Source: Bacillota bacterium
GTDB lineage: Bacteria; Bacillota; DTU025; MWDF01
Direction: 5' to 3'
Length of the DNA stretch: 32,000 nucleotides
NCBI GenBank assembly: GCA_017994615.1
Contig: JAGOKM010000006.1
Coordinates: 1 to 32,000, forward strand
Both the position numbers and the translations under genes were made by a program. This document shows positions 1 to 8,897 of the stretch, piece after piece; position 1 is the stretch's first letter, and the number at the start of each line of letters is the position of its first letter. The notes beneath the pieces were generated by a model. It did no database searches. It was not told the origin of the DNA and worked only from the letters and a program-made list of their open reading frames with translations.

Positions 1-800
1 AGCCTGTCGGCGTTCTCCCCCTGGCAGATCAACAGGCCGGACTGTGCGAGCGACGCGGATATGGCCTCGTCGTCCACGTAGACGCGCACAGCGGTGCCGT
101 CCAGCGCCGGAAGCGGCTCGAGGGCTATCTCAAGAAGGTTCTTCAGGTCGAACTTGTTTGACTTGGTCGGCGCGACGACCTTGGATTCCCATGAAGTCCC
201 GGCCGGTATGGCGAGCCTTGAGCCGACGATGACGTCCTCGTCTACCGTAATCACCGCTATGTCCCCCGGCTTCGATTTCAGCGTGCTCAGCGGCGTATCT
301 ATGGTCACTACCAGCTTGGTGCCCTTGGCCAGCTTCTCGTAACCTATATCGACCCCGCCCTTGCCAGATGTGGCCTCAATGACCCTGGCTATCCTGACCG
401 GAAGGGCCTCCCTGCTTACATAGCCGAAAAGCGCCTTCTCCAACGCAGCCACCTTGTCCAGCAGGGAAGTGCCCCCCACCCTTCCGTCTACTATCCACTG
501 GGCGAACACCACCTTGTAGCCCAGCGACGCAACGCTGAGCTTGTCTCCGCCCAGCTCCGACCACAGCTTCTCCACCCGCTCCGCAAGGTTCCCCGCCCCT
601 GGCTTGGCCAGTACTATCTCTTCGAGCTTCGAGACGCGGGGCAGTATGGGCCCGTCCACGGGCCTGCCGAATAGCGTCTTCTCCATCTCGGACAGCATCT
701 CCGACTGGGAGATCGGAGGGGGGGCGGCAGTCGAAAGGGCCGCCGCGATCAGCAATATGGCTAGAATGGCGGCCGGGATAGTCGATATCTTCCTTTTCAT
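1..800 (-). CDS. Exported protein of unknown function, 3' end outside window
   Basis: Minus-strand ATG at 800 (MKRKISTIPAAILAILLIAAALSTAAPPPISQSEMLSEMEKTLFGRPVDG...), read by hand because it is absent from the ORF track (no stop in window). Signal-peptide-like N-terminus and repeated L-x-x-(L/M)-E-K-x-L-F-G type motifs. Confidence 0.7.
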   Translation of the reverse strand, partial: MKRKISTIPAAILAILLIAAALSTAAPPPISQSEMLSEMEKTLFGRPVDGPILPRVSKLEEIVLAKPGAGNLAERVEKLWSELGGDKLSVASLGYKVVFAQWIVDGRVGGTSLLDKVAALEKALFGYVSREALPVRIARVIEATSGKGGVDIGYEKLAKGTKLVVTIDTPLSTLKSKPGDIAVITVDEDVIVGSRLAIPAGTSWESKVVAPTKSNKFDLKNLLEIALEPLPALDGTAVRVYVDDEAISASLAQSGLLICQGENADR

Positions 801-821
801 CTCTTCACGCTCCGGTTCGTA

Positions 822-2150
822 TCAGAACTTGATGCTGATCCCCAGCGCCGTAAGGTTCTTCTTCAGGTCTATCTTGTCGAAGTCGGAGAAGTCGATGAGC
901 CTGTATCCTACCATGATGGACGCGTTGTTGAATATCCTGTAGCCTAGGTCGATGCCGGCTAGCTGCTTTACGCCGACGTCGCTGTTCAATCTCAGCGAGC
1001 CGCGGAATAACCAGCTTAAAGGCGAGCTGTCGTCATAAAGCCATGATTTCGTCGAAAGGGCGTCCGAGGCGATTATGTTCCTGACCTGCTCCACCTGGTA
1101 TCCAGCCTGCATGAAGGCCGATTCGCCGAGCAAAAGCTTGTAGAAGATGCCGAGGGACGCCGACGATTGCAGCTCAAGGCCCTTGTCCGCCGCCGTCTTC
1201 AGGTCGCCGCTTTCTATGTTGTAGCCCGCCTGTATTGTAAGGGAGTCCGTAACGCTCCTCAACGGCACTATGCTGTCGATCCTGTACTTGATCCCGACGC
1301 CCGTCTTGGCTGTCAGGTCGGTTATGGCCGAGTCCTCGCCGTGGCTTCCCGTCATCCTATAGTCGAGTGTAAGCCCGCCTCCCTGGCTGTTCCCGAGGAG
1401 CAGCCCTACGCCGGCGCTTGACTTGTTCTGCTCCCGCTTTTCGTCGGCGAACAGGGAGGCGCTGACGTTCAACACCTCGAACAGGCTGACCTGCTTGGAC
1501 TTCTCGGGGTTTATCGTGTCCAGCTGGAGCGGCTGCATCTTCGGCACTATCGAACCCGGCAGCAGCTCCTTGTCAGGCATTGTGAGGGACGCCTGAGACA
1601 CCGCAGACGGCATGTTGATCTTTTCGAGGACTTCAGTTAGCGATAGGACGGACGTGCCGGTCTGGACCGGCACGTTGGCGCCGCCTGATGGCATAAGGTA
1701 TGAGTAATCGATGCCGGAAGGCGCTTCGGCCGATTGTCTCTTCCCGACAACACCCCTTGCCATGAGCTGGACCGAGAATTCCTTTACGAGGTCGTTCAGG
1801 AGCCACGCGTCCCTGGATGTTATCTTCTGCGCCGTGGTCCCCATTATGGCGATGTCGATGGCAGCAACGTTTGTAAGGTCCAAATCGGTCAACCCGAGCT
1901 TCAGCAGCGCCCTTTCAATGGAAGCGGCGGCGAAGTCCTTGTTGATGGGTATCTTGGTGAGGTAATAGGGAGAGTCCTTGATGTCCAGGACGTTGTTCTT
2001 GGCCAGCTCCGCCAGCGCCCTGTACCTCCAGTCGTCGGATTTCAGGATCTCCGGTTCCGAGGCAAGGCCGGGCAAGGCGAAAAGGAGCACCAGCAAGGAG
2101 CACATGAGGGCTGTATTCAAGCTGTAGGCCCTTTTCAAGCTGCGCTTCAT
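822..2150 (-). CDS. Outer-membrane beta-barrel protein with N-terminal SLH-like region
   Basis: 442 aa. Signal peptide (MCSLLVLLFALPGLAS), SLH-like segment DDWRYRALAELAKNNVLD..., alternating amphipathic strands in the C-terminal half and a terminal Phe (LGISIKF). Confidence 0.7.
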   Translation of the reverse strand: MKRSLKRAYSLNTALMCSLLVLLFALPGLASEPEILKSDDWRYRALAELAKNNVLDIKDSPYYLTKIPINKDFAAASIERALLKLGLTDLDLTNVAAIDIAIMGTTAQKITSRDAWLLNDLVKEFSVQLMARGVVGKRQSAEAPSGIDYSYLMPSGGANVPVQTGTSVLSLTEVLEKINMPSAVSQASLTMPDKELLPGSIVPKMQPLQLDTINPEKSKQVSLFEVLNVSASLFADEKREQNKSSAGVGLLLGNSQGGGLTLDYRMTGSHGEDSAITDLTAKTGVGIKYRIDSIVPLRSVTDSLTIQAGYNIESGDLKTAADKGLELQSSASLGIFYKLLLGESAFMQAGYQVEQVRNIIASDALSTKSWLYDDSSPLSWLFRGSLRLNSDVGVKQLAGIDLGYRIFNNASIMVGYRLIDFSDFDKIDLKKNLTALGISIKF

Positions 2151-2200
2151 CCCTTTCTACCCGTATCAGTATTTATTCTCCGGCCGTCAGCCATTTCCTT

Positions 2201-2617
2201 TTATGCAGTTTTGCCCTTTATGCTTAGATACCTTCTGGCTATCACCTCGGCCACATAATCGTCCCAAGGCCTGTCCGGTGTCCTCAGCCCTATCGGTATC
2301 AGACGGGCCCACCACGGCTTCCTGTTGTCCAGGAGGAAGAGCCGCCTGCCTTCCACTGTGGAGTTCCTCTCGTCCACGCGCACTATCCTGAAGCCGTCCC
2401 TGGCGCCCATGGCGGATATTATCTCGGCTTCCACTTCCCTGGTCTTGGTCCCGTCTCCCAAGGCGATCTCCACAGTCCTTCCAGCAGAAAGGGCTGCAAT
2501 TTCCTCTGCTGCCGAGCTTCTCGGGACGATGCAACGCTTAACAAGCCTCCCGCCCTCCTCCAGAAGGGCGAGGCCCACCTTGCTAAGACCGGGATCTACT
2601 CCTATAACGAAATCCAA
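2201..2617 (-). CDS. RuvC/YqgF-like RNase H-fold nuclease-family protein
   Basis: 138 aa. N-terminal FVIGVDPGLSKVGLALL matches the RNase H-fold first strand with its Asp, followed by VDERNST and a late RPWDDYVAE acidic segment. TTG start preceded by GGAGG at 8-nt spacing. Confidence 0.7.
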   Translation of the reverse strand: MDFVIGVDPGLSKVGLALLEEGGRLVKRCIVPRSSAAEEIAALSAGRTVEIALGDGTKTREVEAEIISAMGARDGFRIVRVDERNSTVEGRRLFLLDNRKPWWARLIPIGLRTPDRPWDDYVAEVIARRYLSIKGKTA

Positions 2618-2645
2618 TCAATCATCCTCCGAGAAACCTTATTAT

Positions 2646-2676
2646 ATTATACCCTGCAGGATGCCGATAAAAAAGA
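2646..2676 (-). promoter_or_regulatory. Possible promoter for the RuvC-like gene, -10 TATAAT
   Basis: Minus strand reads TTTTTT-ATCGGCATCCTGCAGGG(17)-TATAAT. The -10 is perfect and the -35 poor. It lies immediately after the ompM-like terminator. Confidence 0.35.
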
Positions 2677-2708
2677 AAGCCCGGGGGCATCTGCATGCCC
2701 CCGGGCTT
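2667..2708 (-). terminator. Rho-independent terminator of the OmpM-like gene
   Basis: Perfect 14-bp inverted repeat AAGCCCGGGGGCAT-GCAG-ATGCCCCCGGGCTT followed on the minus strand by TTCTTTTTTA, just after the stop codon at 2723. Confidence 0.93.
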
Positions 2709-2722
2709 GTCCGCGTTTAAGG

Positions 2723-5700
2723 TTAGAACTTGGTGCTCAGCTTTACGCCCAGTGTATTGACCAGGCTGTCCGGGTAGACAGCGTTGGTGTACTTCGCGTA
2801 CCTGGTCGTGAAGTCCGCTACCAGGCTGGTGTTGTTGAATATCTTCTGGTTGTATCCCACACCTGCGCTAAGTACGAATCCGTCAGGCTTGGTTCCGTCC
2901 ACGTAGTTCCTGTACTCGACTCCGCCCATCGCATAGAGGCTGGCCTTCTCGGTTATGTTGTAGGTCAGCTTCATGTCGGCGAACACCTTGAGCATCTCGA
3001 TGCTCTTGAAGTACGCGCCGAGGTTGGCGGCCAGGTTCCACTTCAGGAAGAAGCTGGTGTTAAGATGCAGGTCTCCGTATATCATCTGGTAAGGAGCTAT
3101 GCTGCCGAGCCTCTCGCTCGTGAACGTATCTCCGAACCTGCCCTCCCAACCGGCGTTGGCCCAGAGTACATCCTGGATGAGCTGCAGCTTCTCGAGCTTC
3201 AGGAATGCCAGGTAGGTGTTCCTGAGTGCCATTCCGGGCGCCTTTTCCGTCTCTCCGTAGTAGCTGAAGCCTGCGTCGAAGATATAGAGCTTCAGCTTAA
3301 GGTCGGCTCCTGCGTAGCAGAACGCGTCAGCCACGGAAGCGGGAGCCTGCCATGTGCCACCGATGATGGTGTCGGCTTGCCTGCCGCCGTAAAGCTTCAG
3401 CGAGCCCTTGGTCAGGCCTGCCACTTCGAAGGAGTACTTGGCATAGATCTCGTTGGTATGGGTCATGTTGGCCCATGCCGCATCGCCGTAGAAGCCGGTC
3501 AGAAGGCCGAACTCCAGGTTCGGAAGCACTTGGAACTTGTTGTAGATATCTACGTTCATGACGTCGCTGGATATGATGTCAGGATCCGTGCCGTCGGCGA
3601 ATTCGGCGAACTGAGGGGCGTAGCCGGCGCTTACGCGCTCGAACGACATGCCGGTGCTCCAGATGCCTACCTTGCCGTCCAGGTATGCCGTTATGGCCTG
3701 CTCAGGCATCGGGGCCGCCTGGAATACGAGGTTTGCGAACCCGCCCGCGCTCCAGTTCTCGTTCAGCGTCAGGTCGAGGTTAACTCCGATGTTCTTCTCC
3801 TTGGTGGACACCGTCGTGTCTCCGGAGAAGAGCCTGTCGTCTACCGCCAGGTAATGCAGGGTGAGGTCAACTATTTCGGCGTAGTTGGCATTGCCCGCGA
3901 GTCCCCAAACGTAATTGAAGTCGGTAGTCGAGCCGAGCTTCGCAAGTATGGCCGATGCGCCGAGGGTCATGTCCTCGACCAGCGTCGGGGTGTACTTCAT
4001 CCATCCGCTGAGGCCCTCATAGCCGGCTGCGGTGAACTTCTTGTCCGACATTACGTACTTGCTGATGTACTTGGGCCTCGACTGCTCCCCGCCGAGGATC
4101 TGGCCGGAGCCGTTGGGTCCGGTCACCTTGACGTCGAGGTCGCCGTTGAATACGTATGCCGCTACGTCCGCAATCCCGTAGGTGTCTACGCCGCCCGTCA
4201 GGCCGACGTTGATCTCCACTCCGGGCTCGGGCTTGATTGTGCCGTTGAGGGTGAGCGACGCTTTGTAGAGGTTGCTGGGATCGATCGTTCCCTTGGCGCT
4301 GTTGTACGGATCCTTGTAGGCAGGTCCGAACTTGACCTCCGTATCCTTGAACTCAACCGCGAATGTGCCTGAGAGCAGGAACTTGTTGACCCATAGGCTG
4401 GCCAGCTTGTCTGTCAGGCCCATGAGCCCGCTCTTGAGGCTCAGCACGTCAGCAGCGCTGGTCCCGGCCGCGCCTTCGAGGCTTGCGACCTTTGCGCTGA
4501 GGGCGTCTGCGCTGATTTTGTTGCTGGCTTCGAGAGCTGCAATCCTCTCATTGAGGGCCGCATCCGCCGCTGCCAGGTTCTTCAGCAGGTTCGTGTCATG
4601 GTTCTGCTGGATGTACAGGTCGTTGATGTCGTTCGCGTTCTGGGTTATCTGGTCCTGAAGAGGTCCGAGCAACCCAAGGTTGGCTGCCTGCTGCTCGAGG
4701 AGCCCTATTCTCATTAGAGCGTTGTCGACCTTGCCGCTTTCAAGCGAGGCCAGGTCAAGGTTGAGGAGGGCTATCTTCTCGTCCAGGAGCGCCATCTTGG
4801 CGTTTGCAGCTTCGCAGCACTCGTACAGGTAGTTGACCTGGTCGTAGAGCGCCTTGAGCTTCGTGATGTCATCCTGGGCCTCCAGAAGGTCGAGCCTTAG
4901 AAGGGCGATTTCTTCCTTGGTCACATCGGTGCCGGGCACTACGACCGGTGCCGGTGTAGAAGATGCCGTCGCTGCGGGCGCTGGCAGAGCCTTGATGGTG
5001 GCCTCAATGGCTGCGAACTTGGCTGCCATCTCTGCCTTGAGGGCGTTGATGTCGTCCGCGTTCTTATAGTTGAGGCTGTAGAGGTCCACGATGTCGGCGG
5101 TGTTCTGGCCGACCTGCTTCTTCATGGCGTCCAGATCGGCGGTGTTCTGGCCGACCTGCCAGTCCAAGGTGCCCAACTTGGCGTCGGTCTCGCTGGCCTT
5201 GAGCTCCAGCACGCCGACCCTGTTGTCTACTGTGTTGACCTTTGATTCGACAGCGTTCAGCTTGGAGGCCAGCGCGTCGTTGTTCATGGAACCGAGCTGC
5301 AGCTTGAGCGCTGCGATGTCGGCCTCGTTCTTGGCAACCCTGGCTTCCAGCTTCTTGAACTGCTCGTCAAGGGCGTCTACGCGGACGCCGAGTATAGAAA
5401 GCTCGCGGGAGAACTCGGTCCTGAGGTCCTGGATCATGGCATAGAGCTCGGCTATCCTTGCGTCTATGTCCTCGAGCTTCGGTCCTACTTGGGCCTCTAT
5501 CTTCTCCTTGATGATCTGCTCGAGGATGGTCTGGTCAGGTTCGACCTTGACCACCGTGGTCACCGGCGCAGGTGTCGGTACGGGCGTCGTCGTAACGGTG
5601 ACGGGTGTGGCCGCTGCCACATGGGCCACGATGCGCTCGTCCAGCCATTTCAGCAGCCTGGCTATTACGACTGCCAATTCGTACCTGGTGGTGGCTTGCG

Positions 5701-5875
5701 GGCCTTTGAAGGTTCCGTCAGGGTACCCTTCGAAGATTCCCAGTGCGGTCAGCTCCTTAATCGATTCGGTCGCCCAGTGGTAGTCCGGGACGTCCGGATA
5801 AGGGCTCGCCATCGCCGGCATCGCTACCGCCATGGCAAGCAGAACCGCAATTAGCATGGCTACGGTTCTCTTCAT
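2723..5875 (-). CDS. ompM: OmpM-like SLH-domain outer-membrane porin with long coiled-coil region
   Basis: 1050 aa. Signal peptide, SLH domain FPDVP-like (YPDVPDYHWATESIKELTALGIFEGYPDGTFKGPQATTRYELAVVIARLL), about 380 aa of heptad-rich sequence, then a C-terminal beta-barrel ending LGVKLSTKF. Confidence 0.9.
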   Translation of the reverse strand: MKRTVAMLIAVLLAMAVAMPAMASPYPDVPDYHWATESIKELTALGIFEGYPDGTFKGPQATTRYELAVVIARLLKWLDERIVAHVAAATPVTVTTTPVPTPAPVTTVVKVEPDQTILEQIIKEKIEAQVGPKLEDIDARIAELYAMIQDLRTEFSRELSILGVRVDALDEQFKKLEARVAKNEADIAALKLQLGSMNNDALASKLNAVESKVNTVDNRVGVLELKASETDAKLGTLDWQVGQNTADLDAMKKQVGQNTADIVDLYSLNYKNADDINALKAEMAAKFAAIEATIKALPAPAATASSTPAPVVVPGTDVTKEEIALLRLDLLEAQDDITKLKALYDQVNYLYECCEAANAKMALLDEKIALLNLDLASLESGKVDNALMRIGLLEQQAANLGLLGPLQDQITQNANDINDLYIQQNHDTNLLKNLAAADAALNERIAALEASNKISADALSAKVASLEGAAGTSAADVLSLKSGLMGLTDKLASLWVNKFLLSGTFAVEFKDTEVKFGPAYKDPYNSAKGTIDPSNLYKASLTLNGTIKPEPGVEINVGLTGGVDTYGIADVAAYVFNGDLDVKVTGPNGSGQILGGEQSRPKYISKYVMSDKKFTAAGYEGLSGWMKYTPTLVEDMTLGASAILAKLGSTTDFNYVWGLAGNANYAEIVDLTLHYLAVDDRLFSGDTTVSTKEKNIGVNLDLTLNENWSAGGFANLVFQAAPMPEQAITAYLDGKVGIWSTGMSFERVSAGYAPQFAEFADGTDPDIISSDVMNVDIYNKFQVLPNLEFGLLTGFYGDAAWANMTHTNEIYAKYSFEVAGLTKGSLKLYGGRQADTIIGGTWQAPASVADAFCYAGADLKLKLYIFDAGFSYYGETEKAPGMALRNTYLAFLKLEKLQLIQDVLWANAGWEGRFGDTFTSERLGSIAPYQMIYGDLHLNTSFFLKWNLAANLGAYFKSIEMLKVFADMKLTYNITEKASLYAMGGVEYRNYVDGTKPDGFVLSAGVGYNQKIFNNTSLVADFTTRYAKYTNAVYPDSLVNTLGVKLSTKF

Positions 5876-5973
5876 GTGTTCTTACCCCCCTTGGCTTTGT
5901 TGATAATTCTCAACCTAAAACCCTCAAGCCCGTGAAGTGGCCTAGTTTCCTTCACAAACATCGGGTTTTACGC

Positions 5974-6010
5974 CCCTACGCACCGTTTTTGCGATGTATG
6001 TGCATAAGGG
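5974..6010 (-). promoter_or_regulatory. Hairpin in the region upstream of the OmpM-like gene
   Basis: Minus strand CCCT(T)ATGCAC - 16 nt - GTGCGTAGGG: 10 pairs with one bulge and one G-U. Confidence 0.45.
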
Positions 6011-6125
6011 CTCGGTTACCTTGCTGGTTCTTCCTTTATAACTTCGATAATAAGTGCGGTAATCCTTCTTCATTTATACATCTTATTGCGGTTATTTAGC
6101 AAGATTGCCGACAATTTCCCCGATA

Positions 6126-7469
6126 TTACGGCACCACCACAAGGGACATGCTGGGCTGCCCTTCGCTCCTTCGGATGTCCGTATCGGCGATTACCTGCAC
6201 GTTGACCTTCCTGCCGGTCTGGAGCACGTCGATTATGGCCTCTGTGAACTGCAGCGCCTTAATGAAGGTGCCGATCCTTCCTTCTTCGTCGCTGACCATG
6301 CCCTTGGCAAGGCCGATTGTGTTGACGTCCTCGATGAGCCTGAGTATCTCATACTGCACCTTGTCCGGGGAAAGCGCTCCGTCGACGACCCTCGAAGAGA
6401 CCACCTGGCCCTTGAAGAAGACTATCTCGTCCTCGAAGGTATGCAGAGAGATCCACAAGGGTTCTCCCGGCCAGCTGTTAACCGGCGACACAGCCCTCAT
6501 GATAACCAGCTTGCCCTGGGAAGAATACAGCTTCTGGAATGCCGCCAGCACGTTGTCCTCGTCGAAGTTCAAAGCCGATCCGTCCTGCCTGCCGGCGACC
6601 TCGCCCGCCCCTTTGGCCTTCGCTATTTCGTTCACCTTGATCAGGAAGTCGTTTATCTGCTGGTGTATGCCTCCTACCGGCTGAGAGCAGTCTATCACCG
6701 AGCCCAGGATTATCTGGTCGGCGTAGAATATCACCTGCGTCGTCATCGACGCCTCCTTGCTCTCTATCAGCAGCATGCTGGTCTGTATCAGGTTATCAAG
6801 CCGCTTTTCGAGGGAGGCGACCTCTTCTGTCAGCGCGTTCCTCGTCCCCTGGAGCTCAGAAATGTTGCGCTCGAGGTCCTTCCTCTCCTCTGAGAGGGTG
6901 GTTATCTCGCCCTGCTGCTCTTTGAGCAGTATGCCGGATTTCTGCACTTCCCTGCTCGCGTCGGTTAGCTCTCTTTCCGTTTCGGAAAGCTTCCTCTGGA
7001 TGTCCTGGAGGCCTTTCTTGAGCTCGTCGAGCTGCCTTGCGGTCACTGTCTTCTCGGAGTTCACCTTGCTGAGTTCCGCCGAAATCGCGCTGTAGTCGGA
7101 TTTCAGCTCTTCGTATTGCCCTCCGATGGTCGCCACCCTTGCGGTTAGCTCGTCTGCCTCGCGCATCTTGGCTGTCAGCTCGGACTTCGTGGCCTCGAGG
7201 GCCTCCCCGGTCTGTTTCAGGTCCTGTCTCAGCTGCTCTATCCTGAAGAGCGCTATGCGCACGTTCTCGGAGATGAGCGACAGGGCGCCGACAGTCAGTG
7301 CGACGACCAGCACCCCGGTTATGAAGGTAATCACTATGGAAGTGTACTTGGGCCTCAGTCCGAAAAGCGTTATCTTCTTCCTGCCGATGCGCATGCCGAT
7401 GCGGTCGCCCACTATGGCGAGCACTCCACCTAATATCCCCAGGAACACTATCAGCAACGCACCGTTCAA
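6126..7469 (-). CDS. DUF3084-type inner-membrane coiled-coil protein
   Basis: 447 aa. Two N-terminal TM segments with RIGMRIGRKKITLFGLRPKYTSIVITFITG, central coiled coil, and a C-terminal domain typical of the DUF3084 family. Confidence 0.82.
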   Translation of the reverse strand: MNGALLIVFLGILGGVLAIVGDRIGMRIGRKKITLFGLRPKYTSIVITFITGVLVVALTVGALSLISENVRIALFRIEQLRQDLKQTGEALEATKSELTAKMREADELTARVATIGGQYEELKSDYSAISAELSKVNSEKTVTARQLDELKKGLQDIQRKLSETERELTDASREVQKSGILLKEQQGEITTLSEERKDLERNISELQGTRNALTEEVASLEKRLDNLIQTSMLLIESKEASMTTQVIFYADQIILGSVIDCSQPVGGIHQQINDFLIKVNEIAKAKGAGEVAGRQDGSALNFDEDNVLAAFQKLYSSQGKLVIMRAVSPVNSWPGEPLWISLHTFEDEIVFFKGQVVSSRVVDGALSPDKVQYEILRLIEDVNTIGLAKGMVSDEEGRIGTFIKALQFTEAIIDVLQTGRKVNVQVIADTDIRRSEGQPSMSLVVVP

Positions 7470-7480
7470 ATGTGCCTCCG

Positions 7481-8200
7481 TTACAGGTCGAACTCCTCGC
7501 CCAGATAGAACCTCCTGGCCAGCGGGTCCGCAGCCAGCTGCTCAGGTGAGCCCGATACGAGTATTTTCCCTGAATACATTATATACCCTCTGTCGGTTAT
7601 CGCCATCGTGTCGCGGACGTTGTGGTCGGTTATCAGCACTCCCAGGCCCGCGGCCTTCAGCTTCCTCACTATGCCCTGTATCTCCAGCACTGCCAGGGGG
7701 TCGACACCGGTGAAAGGCTCGTCTAAAAGCAGGTAAGACGGAGACGTGGCAACGGCCCTGGCTATCTCTACCCTCCTGCGCTCGCCGCCTGAGAGCGTAT
7801 ATCCCATCTGCCTTGCGACTTTTCCCAGGTTGAACGACTGCATAAGGTTGTCGGCCCTCTCCTTGATGCTCTGCCTCGGCAGCTTCATGGTCTCCAGGAT
7901 GGCGAGGATGTTCGCCTCGACGCTCATGCGCCTGAATATTGACGGCTCCTGGGCGAGGTAACCTATGCCCAGCTGGGCTCTCATGTGCACCGGCATATTT
8001 GTCGCATCCCTGCCGTCCACCTCGATCCTGCCGGAATCCGGCGGCTCCAGCCCCAGGAGCATATAGAAGGTTGTGGTCTTGCCTGCCCCGTTCGGGCCGA
8101 ACAGGCCGACTACCTCCCCCTTTTCCAGCTTGAAATCCACGCCGTCCACCACCTTGCGGCCTGAGAACGACTTGGTCAGACCGGATGCCGAGATGCCCAT
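7481..8200 (-). CDS. lptB: LPS export ABC transporter ATP-binding protein
   Basis: 239 aa. Walker A GPNGAGKTTTFYMLLGL, signature LSGGERRRVEIARA, Walker B YLLLDEPFTGVDP, and LptB-like length and context. Confidence 0.95.
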   Translation of the reverse strand: MGISASGLTKSFSGRKVVDGVDFKLEKGEVVGLFGPNGAGKTTTFYMLLGLEPPDSGRIEVDGRDATNMPVHMRAQLGIGYLAQEPSIFRRMSVEANILAILETMKLPRQSIKERADNLMQSFNLGKVARQMGYTLSGGERRRVEIARAVATSPSYLLLDEPFTGVDPLAVLEIQGIVRKLKAAGLGVLITDHNVRDTMAITDRGYIMYSGKILVSGSPEQLAADPLARRFYLGEEFDL

Positions 8201-8220
8201 CGCCTACCTCCGCATGGTTC

Positions 8221-8883
8221 CTATACAGTGAAGTTGATCTCTATCTTCTCGCCTTCTGCCTCGAAGGTCTCCTTGTCGGTGTAGATAATCGCGCTGTCAG
8301 ACTTCACAGTGTCTCCGTCCACTGTGGTGATTACTACGCCCTTCGTCAAGGTCATCTTGCTCTCCGCATCGATGTACCTGGCTTCTGCGGCCTGAGCTTT
8401 CTGCTTGTCCTTCGTAATTGTGACGCCACCGGTCGCCGTGAAGTCGTTGGTGTTGATGTCTATCTCCATCCTCTGCGTAAGCAGTACGATGACGTCTTTG
8501 AGGGGTTTGCCTGCCGCGTCCTTTTCGGCCAGCTCCTCTGTCAGCTCTAGCTTCACATTGCCTGTGACGGTCATCTTCTCCGTCTTGAAGTCGGCGGTCA
8601 TCACGTTTGCCGTGATTACGATGTCGTCCTGGACGATCCTGACCCCTGTGTCTATCTTCGCAATCTTGGTGTCGCTGTTGAAAAGGAGCTTCTCCGCATA
8701 GATGAACGTGGTCCCGTATTCGATCTTGACGTTGCCCTCGACCATGGCGTCGCCCTTCTGGCCCTGGTAGTTCAGCTTCTTGGTCGCGGTTATGATGACC
8801 TGTTTGGCCGCCAGAGCCCCTGACGCGACAACAAGCACTAGTATAGCTGCCAATATCATTGTCCCGGTCTTCGTCCTATACAT
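8221..8883 (-). CDS. lptA: LptA/OstA-like periplasmic LPS transport protein
   Basis: 220 aa. Signal peptide and repeated OstA pattern (DAMVEGNVKIEYG..TFIYAEKLLFNSDT). Confidence 0.85.
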   Translation of the reverse strand: MYRTKTGTMILAAILVLVVASGALAAKQVIITATKKLNYQGQKGDAMVEGNVKIEYGTTFIYAEKLLFNSDTKIAKIDTGVRIVQDDIVITANVMTADFKTEKMTVTGNVKLELTEELAEKDAAGKPLKDVIVLLTQRMEIDINTNDFTATGGVTITKDKQKAQAAEARYIDAESKMTLTKGVVITTVDGDTVKSDSAIIYTDKETFEAEGEKIEINFTV

Positions 8884-8897
8884 TTCACTGCCCCTTT

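Noticed and set aside
3065-4372. 435-aa plus-strand ORF
   Set aside because: Lies wholly antisense inside the OmpM-like gene, has no recognisable domain, and has the composition of a high-GC shadow ORF.
5974-6010. Known riboswitch upstream of the porin
   Set aside because: Stem present, but I could not match conserved loop or core nucleotides of c-di-GMP, cobalamin or other familiar classes; kept only as an unassigned hairpin.
6105-6893. 262-aa plus-strand ORF
   Set aside because: Antisense to the well-supported DUF3084 gene.
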